The position numbers and the translations under genes were made by a program. Below the pieces are notes generated by a model, which ran no database searches, was not told where the DNA came from, and saw only the letters and a list, made by a program, of their open reading frames with translations. From Nemertoderma westbladi (taxonomy: Eukaryota > Animalia > Xenacoelomorpha), in NCBI GenBank assembly GCA_032718475.1, contig JAUCBJ010001461.1, positions 1 to 56,891 on the forward strand: a stretch of 56,891 nucleotides of DNA, given 5' to 3'. Below are positions 14,201 to 25,000 of the stretch, piece after piece. Each line of letters begins with the position of its first letter. Within the stretch, counting starts at the first letter, position 1.

Positions 14201-15519
14201 AAGAACTACGGCGACGAGGTGGAACGCGTCGGTACCCAACAGCACCTCCGACGGGACAGCGAGTTGATTACGCTGTCGCCACAACTCAACGACGATGGGA
14301 TTCTAGTAATGAATTCTAGGGTGGGATATAACAACAGCATAGTCGTGCCACCGAAACCCATCATCATTCCCACAGGATCACCAATAGTCCACCAGATCAT
14401 ATGGGACTCCCACAAATCGATACTGCATGGGGGCACCAACCGAACCCTCACAGAGATAAGGAGGACCTTTTGGGTCAAACAACTAAGGAAGAAGGTTAAA
14501 GCGGTAGTGGGGCAGTGCCAGACCTGCCGACGGGCGAAGAAGGAGCGAGCCATACAGGAGATGGCGCCACTACCGGCGAGTAGGGTAAGACAGCACGACC
14601 CGCCATTTACGCATTGCGGTGTGGACATGTTCGGGCCGATAAAGATCAAGGTGATGCGACACACGGAGAAACGCTACGGTATTATCTTCGTATGCAACAA
14701 TACACGGGCGGTAGGGATAGAACTCGCCCAAGATGCAACCGCATCAGCATTCATTAACGCCTTAGAAAGGTTTAGGGACCGCAAAGGTGGGACGATTGCA
14801 GTGATATACAGCGACAATGGCACCAACTTTGTGGGCGCAGAGAGTGAGATGGCAGAGGCCTTGGACATCTTGGAGGGAGAAGAAGTCAGGGCAGCCATGA
14901 GGAGACGACAAGTAAAGTGGGAGAGAAGGACGCCGTATGCACCACATACACTAGGATGCGTCGAGAGACTGGTGGGCAGTTCAAAGCATCTAATGACGAA
15001 GTTAATGAACACCCACATGGTCACTGAGGACGTTTTACGGACAGTACTTGCGAAGTGGAGGGGATCATTAATAGCAGACCGCTATATCCAGAGAATGATG
15101 ACCCTGAGTCATTGGACGTGTTAACGCCTAGCCATTTCCTAATGGAAAGGCCAGCGACCATCGATATGCGGGGTGTAGATCCAGACGACCTACACTCCCG
15201 CCAAAGTTGGAAAGTAGCTAAAGCAATTAGCGCAGAGTATTGGAGGAGATGGGTAGAGGAATACCTACCCACACTCCATAAGCGAAGCAAGTGGAGGAAG
15301 CCGAACAGGGAGTTAAGTGTAGGAGATCTCGTAATCGTTACGGATGATACTATCATCAACAACCAATGGCGGTTGGCGAGAGTTGTAGGCACCTACTCCG
15401 ACGAGGACGGAAGAGTCCGATCGGTAGAAGTGCGGATAGGTGGAAAGATAGGTGCGAAGGACAGAAAAACCTACAGGAGAGCGGTAGGCAAATGCTGTCT
15501 CCTAGAAGGGGCACCTTAG
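11282..15519 (+). CDS. pol: BEL/Pao pol: Zn knuckles, aspartic protease, RT, RNase H, integrase, C-terminal DUF5641-like domain (1-bp frameshift near 15055)
   Basis: CSRCVKSGHKAREC; LVDSGA; YYLPLH/LRMVVDAS/FYVDD; LHMFSDAS, PKLEL, WTDS, NPADLLSRG; H-H-CC (HKSILH...CQTC); GVDMFGP, SDNGTNF, VERLV; VEGIINSRPL, YWRRWVEEYL. Confidence 0.93.
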
Positions 15520-15640
15520 AGTGGAGTTAGAGTGGAGTTTAGTCGTCCAAGTTTTGGACTGAGGGGGGTGGGATTGAGGGCGAGACGCCCTTCCCACACA
15601 AATAAAATAAAATAAAATAAAAAGGAAAAAAAATAGTACA

Positions 15641-16255
15641 TAGTAGGTACGCAGTTAGTAGGCAGAGAGTTAGTAGGTACGTAGTACCTAGAGTTAGTTA
15701 GTTAGTTAGTAGGTACGTAGTACCTAATTAGAGAATTAGTAGGTACGTAGTACCTAGTTAGAGAGTTAGTAGGTACGTAGTACCTAGTTAGAGTTAGAGT
15801 TAGAGGGTACGTAGTACCGATAGTTAGAGAGTTAGTAGGTACGTAGTACCTAGTTAGAGAGTTAGTAGGTACGTAGTACCAAGTTAGAGTTAGAGTTAGA
15901 GGGTACGTAGTACCGATAGTTAGAGAGTTAGAGGGTACGTAGTACCGATAGTTAGAGAGTTAGTAGGTACGTAGTACCTAGTTAGAGAGTTAGTAGGTAC
16001 GTAGTACCTAGTTAGAGTTAGAGTTAGAGGGTACGTAGTACCGATAGTTAGAGAGTTAGAGGGTACGTAGTACCAATAGTTAGTTAGAGTTAGTAGGTAC
16101 GTAGTACCTAGTTAGAGTTAGAGTTAGTAGGTACGTAGTACCTAGTTAGAGTTAGAGTTAGGGGGTACGTAGTACCGCTGATTAGAGTTGGAGTTAGTAG
16201 GTACGTAGTACCGTTAGTTAGAGTTAGAGGGTACGTAGTACCATTAGTTAGAGAG
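15641..16255. repeat. Internal tandem array of ~28-34-bp units with palindromic core GGTAC-GTA-GTACC and TTAGAG spacers
   Basis: About 18 copies of GTACGTAGTACC between the pol stop and the extra ORF, preceded by an (AATAA)n tract at ~15600-15622. Confidence 0.9.
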
Positions 16256-16745
16256 AGAGAGTAAGAGGTAAAAGGGGTAAATAGGATATAGATATTAGTT
16301 AGCAGTAAGTAGAGTTAGTAGCGAGAGGGGGGCATATGAGTACAGCTGGATAAATCGTGTGGCCACACGACGCATACTGCTGTACTGCATGGGCCCACAG
16401 AGTAGGACAGAATATGGATCAGAGAATAGAATAAATCCATAGGCAGTAGTAGGTAGTAGGACAGTAGGATCAAAACAAACAAATAAATAGAATAGGGCTA
16501 AAATCGTAAAATAGTGGCAACACAAGGAAAGTCGTTCTAGAACATAATAAAAGTAACGGACAGAAATTGTAAATTAGGCTCATTTACTAGCTTCAAAATT
16601 AATTAGGTTAAATTTAGGCTAAAAGGCGCAATTAAGTAGAAAGTAAGCCATTATCGAACCGTACGAAACATCTTAAATACTTCACTCATCTGTATTGCTC
16701 CTTGGTAAGGCACCACCCTGCAGGTGAGCGAGTGTAGTGTTCGGA

Positions 16746-19154
16746 ATGGCGAGTAAGTTGATCAGGAAGAGGAAGGCGGAGTCAGGAGGAAAAGAAATAC
16801 TGGTGGATTTCACCGAAAGACACCCGGAGGAGAAGACGAGAGGATACTACGAGAAGTTGGAAAGGGGTCACGCGGCACGAGCGCTGCAGGACCACTTCCG
16901 GGAGATGCACGAGCAGCGGCTGGTCGGGACCTACGGAACGCCGTCGCTGGACAACGCGATCTTCCAACACTTCCACTACGTGGTGAAAGGGGACGAGGCG
17001 AAGTTCGGGATTCCGAAGTATCCGAGGGAATCGCCGAGGAAGGACTGGAAAAGATTCATAGAGTCCGTCAACAGAGGAGGATATATGATCCTAGATGACG
17101 AGGGAACCGTGGAAGACGAAGCGGGTTCGAGACGAGGAACGGCAGGGTCGGCCAGGACCATACTCCTACATTTGGCCGCGCCAAATGGGGACATCTTCTT
17201 ATTCGACCTAGGGACGTATGGGAAGAAGGACGGGCCGAAATTAGACCGATTGCCGAAAGCGGTACAAGTATTAGTAAGAGAGAAGTCGACGACGAAAGTG
17301 GGATCGGCGATTCGCGAGGACGCGGAGAGGATCATCGGTCCGGACGCCACCAACCTCCTGGATATGCAGAAAGTCTTTATGGCTATGGCGGCACCGGATG
17401 GATTGGGGGTGGTCGAGAACACAGGCCAATGCGGGGCGGTGGCGATGGGCCAATTATTGGGGCTCGTATGCCACAAACCAATGGATTGGGGGAAGTTTAG
17501 GGAAGAATACGGAGCAGAACTAGCGAACTCGCTGAAGTGGGGAGCGAGACCGGGAAAGCAGGAGGTATATCAGTTTCGCAGAGGAGCGATAAAGGTATAT
17601 CAGAAGCGATATATCCTGCAGGAGGACTGGATGATGATAAGTTTGCTTAACTTATTCATGACCGTAGTTATCGAAAGGGAACCAGGGGCATTTCTGTTAT
17701 CGGGATCACCCCTAAGCTACAGGAGAGCCTTTAAGACGGCCTTTGACGGTCTGGTAGACCACCCGGGGCTGAAGGGCGAGTCGGTGTACTACAACAGCCG
17801 ACATCTGGTAGACGGGGAGACAGATACACCGTATCAGAGATGGGAGCAGCTAGAGGCGGACAGACGAGAAGCAAAGCGACTGGAAGAAGTCGCTAGACGG
17901 GAGAGGATAGAAGCAGAGGAGAGGGAAGAGGAGGCCAGGGCACAGAGTTACGGCTTCGAGGAACAGGCGGGCCTAGACGAACTTCATTGGACTTCGTCAG
18001 GGAGTTCGGGGGAGTCTCTAGGGCGAGAATTGGGATGGACGGTGGGATCGCCGAAACAGTCGACGTCGGGGTTGCAAACGATGCCCATACCAGCGGGCGC
18101 CGAGGGCGACCAACCGCCAAGGAAGCTAAGGGAGCTAGAGGGATGGAGAGCTACGGGCGAGAGTCAAGGCGGGAAGGGACATAGTGGATCCATCGGGATA
18201 CCGGGATTGGAGACACTACCAGAAGAGGAGGACGACGACGACGAGTTCGGAGAGATGCCGCCCATCGAAAGGATAGGCCACTCGGACACGGACTGGGTTG
18301 GCGGAAGGGTGGTGACAGCCAGTGGGGCGAGGGCCTTCTGGAACAGATCCGGCAAGCGGACCTGGGTGCACGAGGAGCCGGCGATGGATTTCGCGGGGAG
18401 CACCATCAGGTTGGGCGAGCAACCGGGAACGGCACCACGGATAGTATTCGGGGAGACGATGCCCGAGAGGGGCGGAGAAATCGACGTAAACAGGGAGAGC
18501 AACGTAGAGAAGTTCGCCTACCAGCGACTCCATAGACCGCGGAGATCGCTTGGGACAAAAGACGAGGTGGTACGGGAGACATTGGTACTCGGCTGTGACT
18601 ACTGTGGGAGACAGACCCATCGGGAAAGCAGCTGCCTATACCGGTTCCAAAAGGGAACCTTTTGTCTCTACTGCAGAGAACCAAGTCACAGGATGGGGGC
18701 GTGTCCACGGTTGCATAACCGATGTCCAAAGTGCCACTTTCGGGGACACTACGGGCGCGAGTGCGACTGGATGAGCGACGAGGAGAAGTTCACAAGATTC
18801 GAGGAGTGGGCCGACGTCGGGGCCATGACGCGCCAGCGCATGAAGGCCCAAGAGTTCAAGTGGGGTTTCTTCCTCATAAACCAGGAGACCCACATGGAAA
18901 TCATAAAGCGAAGGTTACCGTTTACCTATCAAGAGGTAGCAACGGCGGCATCGTTCGCTGGAGTTATGAACACGCAACGGTACCTGGACAGGTGGACACC
19001 AGAGAACCAGAGGGAGTTTAGGGATTTCTTGGCGGAACACGTACTAAAGGCAATGAAAATGATCCTATGGGACGCCACACGAGGGAGACAACCAGGCCAT
19101 TCTGAGGGGCCACCGGCGAAGCGGTATCGGGCATTAATAACACCAGCGCCCTAG
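16746..19154 (+). CDS. BEL extra ORF (about 802 aa): DEDDy/WRN/RNase D-like 3'-5' exonuclease domain, acidic linker, three CCHC zinc knuckles
   Basis: ExoI YMILDDEG; ILLHLAAPNGDIFLFDL; ExoII region LPKAVQVLVREKSTTKVGSAIRED...NLLDMQ; ExoIII-like QKRYILQED; knuckles CDYCGRQTHRESSC, CLYCREPSHRMGAC, CPKCHFRGHYGREC. Uninterrupted frame. Confidence 0.8.
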   Translation: MASKLIRKRKAESGGKEILVDFTERHPEEKTRGYYEKLERGHAARALQDHFREMHEQRLVGTYGTPSLDNAIFQHFHYVVKGDEAKFGIPKYPRESPRKDWKRFIESVNRGGYMILDDEGTVEDEAGSRRGTAGSARTILLHLAAPNGDIFLFDLGTYGKKDGPKLDRLPKAVQVLVREKSTTKVGSAIREDAERIIGPDATNLLDMQKVFMAMAAPDGLGVVENTGQCGAVAMGQLLGLVCHKPMDWGKFREEYGAELANSLKWGARPGKQEVYQFRRGAIKVYQKRYILQEDWMMISLLNLFMTVVIEREPGAFLLSGSPLSYRRAFKTAFDGLVDHPGLKGESVYYNSRHLVDGETDTPYQRWEQLEADRREAKRLEEVARRERIEAEEREEEARAQSYGFEEQAGLDELHWTSSGSSGESLGRELGWTVGSPKQSTSGLQTMPIPAGAEGDQPPRKLRELEGWRATGESQGGKGHSGSIGIPGLETLPEEEDDDDEFGEMPPIERIGHSDTDWVGGRVVTASGARAFWNRSGKRTWVHEEPAMDFAGSTIRLGEQPGTAPRIVFGETMPERGGEIDVNRESNVEKFAYQRLHRPRRSLGTKDEVVRETLVLGCDYCGRQTHRESSCLYRFQKGTFCLYCREPSHRMGACPRLHNRCPKCHFRGHYGRECDWMSDEEKFTRFEEWADVGAMTRQRMKAQEFKWGFFLINQETHMEIIKRRLPFTYQEVATAASFAGVMNTQRYLDRWTPENQREFRDFLAEHVLKAMKMILWDATRGRQPGHSEGPPAKRYRALITPAP

Positions 19155-19963
19155 GAGCCAACGACCGGGATCAGCAAGGAAGTGGCGGCGAAGGTCCGGA
19201 AGCAGAAAGCGGATGATGCCAGAAGAGCGGTGATAACCAAGAAACGGGCCAGGGAAGAGGACGTGAGGAGGAACAGATAAGTTCCCAGAGACGAGGGAGT
19301 GAGACTGAGACTGGGATGTGGTGCGCCTGGAAGGCGCCGCATGCAACGTACGAACCATTAAGTACAAATTTAATTAATGCAAATAATCATATAAGTGCAA
19401 TTCGTATGTACGTACGTAGTAATTAGCAGTAAAATACACGATCGGAGTAAGTACTATAGTCATACAACCTTTCTCAACTAGCTATTGGGACTGGGGGATA
19501 ACTGACTATGGCACAGTGGACGAGACGCCAGACAATTTCACACTTCTTGAGTGTGACGGCACGAGAGGGGGGGGGAGATTCGTCAGAAGGGAAGAGACAG
19601 ACGAAGTGAGGTTGAGGGACGGAATAATAGTGCGGAGTGCGGAGAGAGTGCCGATGCAATTCCAGTGTGGGGGGGGGGGAGAATAAGAGGCTGAGTAAGG
19701 GACGAGGAGGTCCGAATGTGAGAGAGTTAGGGTGAGAGTGAAGGTGAGATAGGGCGAAAATGTTGGGGAAACAAAAGTTGCGTGGGAGGTGAGCGCGATC
19801 GGCCCGACATGAGACGCCAGGCACACAGGGTAGCGTCATCATACCCATAGGGGGCGGCCTGGAAAGCCGACCCCAAGAGAAAAGAATTCCACCCCACACC
19901 CGATACTAGATCGGGATCCAGCGGGATTGTAACGCACTTTTAGGTTGATGCTATCTTCTTACC

Positions 19964-19985
19964 GGGAAGATAGCATGGGGGGGAG
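19964..19985 (+). promoter_or_regulatory. Polypurine tract (plus-strand primer)
   Basis: Purine-rich GGGAAGATAGCATGGGGGGGAG immediately before the TG of the 3' LTR. Confidence 0.85.
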
Positions 19986-20526
19986 TGTTAGCTTATTCAA
20001 TCCCGCCAACACCCCATAAAGTTATAAGCCGATAAGCAATATTGGGAGCCACGAGATTGGGCAATTAACCAACTCGTGCCATCCCAATAAGAGTGGGAAG
20101 GAAGCACACAATAGAGGGTCAGGGGCCAAACCCCTAACCCAGAGAGAACAGGTGGAGTGAATGGGAATACTCCACGGGGCGCCAACAAGGGTATTAACCA
20201 ATCAGAGGGGGGAATGGCATCGATTGAGTAGCAGTAAGGCCACCGTGCAATATAACCAGTAACCTATTAATCAGTGATTCAGTTATCTCAGTGTAGCAGT
20301 GCTAGCGTAGGTTGGTAGTCAATTAGTTTAGTTAGGGGATCACGGGACTTTAGTTACCGTATCCCGCCTTGTACACATTATATCTATATCGATATCCTAT
20401 GCCCTATTATTATTATACACCGAACTTCAGAACTCAGTTACTTTATTTCACCCTTATACACGGCGGGGACGCGTGGACTAAATTACCACATCGGATAAAT
20501 CGGGATCCCTCCTGGATCCCGTCACA
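19986..20526 (+). repeat. 3' LTR (541 bp)
   Basis: Direct repeat of 6355-6895, followed by TSD CTACC. Confidence 0.96.
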
Positions 20527-21587
20527 CTACCCGTCCAGGTACCAGCTCGTAGAGTACATTATGTGCATGGGTAATGGGACTACCCGTCCAGGTACCAGCT
20601 ACACGTAGAGTACATTATGTGCATGGGTAATGGGACTACCCGTCCAGGTACCAGCTATACGTAGAGTACATTATGTGCATGGGTAATGGGACTACCCGTC
20701 CAGGTACCAGCTACACGTAGAGTACATTATGTGCATGGGTAATGGGACTACCCGTCCATGTACCAGCTATACGTAGAGTACATTATGTGCATGGGTAATG
20801 GGACTACCCGTCCAGGTACCAGCTACACGTAGAGTACATTATGTGCATGGTTAATGGGACTACCCGTCCAGGTACCAGCTACACGTAGAGTACATTATGT
20901 GCATGGGTAATGGGACTACCCGTCCAGGTACCAGCTACACGTAGAGTACATTATGTGCATGGGTAATGGGACTACCCGTCCAGGTACCAGCTACACGTAG
21001 AGTACATTATGTGCATAGGTAATGGGACTACCCGTCCAGGTACCAGCTACACGTAGAGTACATTATGTGCATGGGTAATGGGACTACCCGTCCAGGTACC
21101 AGCTATACGTAGAGTACATTATGTGCATGGGTAATGGGACTACCCGTCCAGGTACCAGCTACACGTAGAGTACATTATGTGCATGGGTAATGGGACTACC
21201 CGTCCATGTACCAGCTATACGTAGAGTACATTATGTGCATGGGTAATGGGACTACCCGTCCAGGTACCAGCTACACGTAGAGTACATTATGTGCATGGTT
21301 AATGGGACTACCCGTCCAGGTACCAGCTACACGTAGAGTACATTATGTGCATGGGTAATGGGACTACCCGTCCAGGTACCAGCTACACGTAGAGTACATT
21401 ATGTGCATGGGTAATGGGACTACCCGTCCAGGTACCAGCTACACGTAGAGTACATTATGTGCATGGGTAATGGGACTACCCGTCCAGGTACCAGCTACAC
21501 GTAGAGTACATTATGTGCATGGGTAATGGGACTACCCGTCCAGGTACCAGCTCGTAGAGTACATTATGTGCATGGGTAATGGGACTA
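20527..21587. repeat. 53/56-bp satellite, block 2 (between BEL and LINE)
   Basis: Same unit resumes in register after the TSD. Confidence 0.97.
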
Positions 21588-21653
21588 TTCGTACTAATAC
21601 TGCTGTACTAATACTGCTGAAATATTATAACCTATCAATATCGTGAGATTATT

Positions 21654-22034
21654 ATGGCACCTTGCTGCGTCTGTTCCGCTACAAGGGGACGTTGCAATAA
21701 ATGCAGCTGCGTTAACGACCAAAGGAAATGTACAAACTGTGCGCCAAATAAACGCGGCCTCTGCTCTAACTCCGGTAAAAAAGCAAACAGCTCTGTTACC
21801 TCAAATAAATCGGCGGATTTAAAGCGGAGACAATCGTTATCGGTAGGCCAACCGGTTACGGTACCAGATGGCCTTAGGAGGAAATCGGCTGTGTACAACC
21901 ACAAGGTAGGACTACCAGTATTGGGTAAACCCGGAGATCCCAAGAACACAGAAAGTGTTCCCCAGTTAACTGTAAAGAAGGATCACTCCGCTGACCCCTA
22001 TAAGATAGAGGATCTGGCAGACGACGGATCTTGA
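21654..22034 (+). CDS. LINE ORF1 N-terminal segment, Cys-rich CXC-like domain (probably continuous with 22031-25240 via a frameshift)
   Basis: MAPCCVCSATRGRCNKCSCVNDQRKCTNCAPNKRGLCSN; ATG 66 nt from the element 5' end; overlaps the next frame, which opens at 22004. Confidence 0.65.
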   Translation: MAPCCVCSATRGRCNKCSCVNDQRKCTNCAPNKRGLCSNSGKKANSSVTSNKSADLKRRQSLSVGQPVTVPDGLRRKSAVYNHKVGLPVLGKPGDPKNTESVPQLTVKKDHSADPYKIEDLADDGS

Positions 22035-25000
22035 GATTAAGGAAGATACCGGTACCTTGCGGGTCGCCGACTCCGGTATCCAACCCTCCTCCTCCAGTCG
22101 AGGGTTCAGCTTCCGGGTCGCCATCTCCGGGATCCAACCCTCCTTCTCCTCCGGTCGAGGGCTCACCTTCCGGGTCGCCATCTCCGGGATCCAATTCTCC
22201 TTCTCCTCCAGTCGTGGGTTCAGCTTCCGGGTCGCCATCTCCGGGATCTAACCCTCCTTCTCCATCTCCTCCAGTCGAGGGTTCACCTTCCGGGTCGCCA
22301 TCTCCGGGATTCAACCCTCCTTCTCCTCCAGTCGAGGGTTCACCTTCCGGGTCGCCATCTCCGGGATCCAACCCTCCTTCTCCTCCAGTTGAGGGTTCAC
22401 CTTCCGGGTCGCCATCTCCGGGATCCAACCCTCATTCTCCTCCAGTCGAGGGTTCCGTTTCCGGGTCGCCATCTCCGCGATCCAACCCTGCTTCTCCTCC
22501 AGTCGAGGGTTCACCTTCCGGGTCGCCGTCTCCGGGATCCAACTCTCCTTCTCCATCTCCTCCAGTTGAGAGTTCACCTTCCGGGTCGCCATCTCCGGGA
22601 TCCAACCCTCCTTCTCCTCCGGTCGAGGGTTCACCTTCTGGGTCGACAAATCTGGGATTGGATCGGGCTGTGGTGGAGCCGGATGGGGAGCTGGTCTCTG
22701 GTTCACTGGATCAGATTTCGTATGAGATTTCCAATTTGAGCGCAAACAAATCAAACCAACACCAACTAGACCCAGGTGTGGCTCCATTTCAGCCATCGCA
22801 TTATGCTGGTAAGTGTCCCGGAAATCAAGAGAAACATGAAACTGCCTTGGTAGAGGGATCAAAGAATTTCAATCAAGCCTGTCACGTAGAAGTCTATCCC
22901 TGTAGTCAATCAAATTTTCGACATGACAACTCAAAGGCAATTAAGGATTATTTGCAATGTTGTTCTGATGCTAAGCCTGGTACTAGGGGACTTGTTCTTC
23001 AATCAGTTGCAGATTTAAATCTCCTTAACACCCGAGATTGGCTAACTGACTCCATACTTGAGGGGTTTCTAAGTTTAGTTGAACGAAACATTCCTCACAC
23101 TTCCTACGTTAGTTGCTGTCTTACAACTAAATTACAATCTTTGGACTGGGTTGAAGGGACACGAGTCTACGATAATTTAAGTGCTGTGAAGTATATTGCA
23201 AAGGCTTATTATGGAAAATTTAATACTGATGGTCTTCAACCAAGATATATTTTCTTCCCGGAATGTCAGAGCAATCATTTTATACTTCATATAGCTGATA
23301 CCCTGACCAGGCAAGTTGAATGTATTGATTCACTAAATATAAATGTACCTACAGCCACTACTGAGGAAATCTGCAAACTGTTGGCATTAATTGATGAACT
23401 GTCTCCTGAAACGGAAGAAAGACACAAAAAAATTTGGTTTTCAGCTGTCTCGACAAGGAAATTCGCGAAACAAAGAAACAGTATTGATTGTGGAGTTTTT
23501 GTGTGCTACTATGCTCTAGCCTGCGGTTTAAATACTGTTGTTCTCCCAGATGTGGTGTTTGATAGTGCGAAAGCACGCAAGTGGATTCTTGAATGCCTGA
23601 CAGAATGCAAACTAATTGAATCTGCAGGTATCTTTAGTTTTTCTCAGATACAACGAGGAGAAAAAAGATATCAAAATACTTTCGATAAAAATAAGGAGAA
23701 TTTCTGTCTAAGTATGGATTCGGTTTCTACTAAGCGACTACAAAATTCATTGGGAAACCAGGAAACAAGTTCCTTTGACTCCACTGAAGACCCTGGATAT
23801 AAGCAGAAAAATAATCATATTAATACTTCGGATGGATCAATTTTTCATCAGATCATGCAACAACCGCGACAATTTGCGATTAAACAGATGATGAAAATGT
23901 ACACAACTGAAGAATGTAATGTTTTGAGAAGTCAATTTTTTACTGACATAAAATCTTTAATGTCCCCAACAAACTCTGTCACATTGCAGCTACGTTCCAG
24001 GGCGGCACTAAAGGAGCTGGTCACTGACATTTATGAGATCTACAAATGCAAAGAATCAAACAATTTCACAGAATGCTGCAAGCGCCGGCTTAAAAGGAAG
24101 GAGCTCAACAGTGATGGGTCCACATCTCTGGAGGATGTCCATCAGGAATGTATAAATTCCTCTGCCGTACTCCAAGGTAGACTCAGCCAGACAGAGACTC
24201 ATATAACATCATTAAAGCAAGAAGTGGGTTTTCTACGTGAAGAATTAGAGCATGAAAGACGGCTGAGAAACGTCCTTCAGTATCAGATGGAAACATTAAC
24301 AAGATTGATCAAAGGGAATGCTGAACAACAAGTTGAGAGTACTAAAGATAACAATCAGACACAGCCTATGAAAGAAAAACCAATTACAAGTGTAACTATT
24401 GCTCAGAATGTATGTCAAGCATCAATCAAGGGATCCCAAGATGACTGTTTCATAGTGATTGATTCCATAGGTGATACAGATAATGAGTTTCTTGATACCT
24501 TTGGGAAGAAAGAACCGGAATATACCATAGTCAAGTCAAAGAATTGCACAAGGAAACGCGTTAACTTCATTAATCAAAACGGAAGTCACGCATTTCAGAT
24601 ACCAGTCTCTAACAGGTACACTTTTCCAGAGATAAAACAGACTGAAAGTACCGAAAGTGTTACAAATACAAAATCCAGCTCTCTTCCAAAACAACAACAT
24701 TTGAACACAATTAATGTCACAGTGAATAATAAAATGGAAACAAAGAACAAAGACTTAAAGACCAACTTTTCATGTAGGGATATGGATAAACATGATGTTA
24801 AGAGAAAAGAAAACGACTCACATAGAGAAAAGGGGAATTCAAATAATGGCAGAAAACAACTTGAATCACAGGTGTTTTTTGTAAATGGTATTAACTGCAA
24901 ACATACAGAGGAAGACATTGTCGCCTATGTAGAACATCGCGGGGCACGTATTCACCGTATAACCACAAGAATCTGTGATGGAATTAAAAACATGAAGCTC

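Larger units (their letters stand above)
6355..20526 (+). mobile_element. Full-length BEL/Pao LTR retrotransposon (14.2 kb) with an extra ORF
   Basis: Two 541-bp TG...CA LTRs, 5-bp TSD CTACC (6350-6354 and 20527-20531), PPT before the 3' LTR, and gag-PR-RT-RH-IN order with Pao-type motifs. Confidence 0.96.

Noticed and set aside
15690-16255. Telomeric repeat call for TTAGAG/TTAG runs
   Set aside because: Not a continuous TTAGGG/TTAGG tract; interspersed spacers of an element-internal array.
16746-19154. env gene call for the third BEL ORF
   Set aside because: No signal peptide, furin/fusion region or transmembrane anchor evident; exonuclease and knuckle motifs instead.
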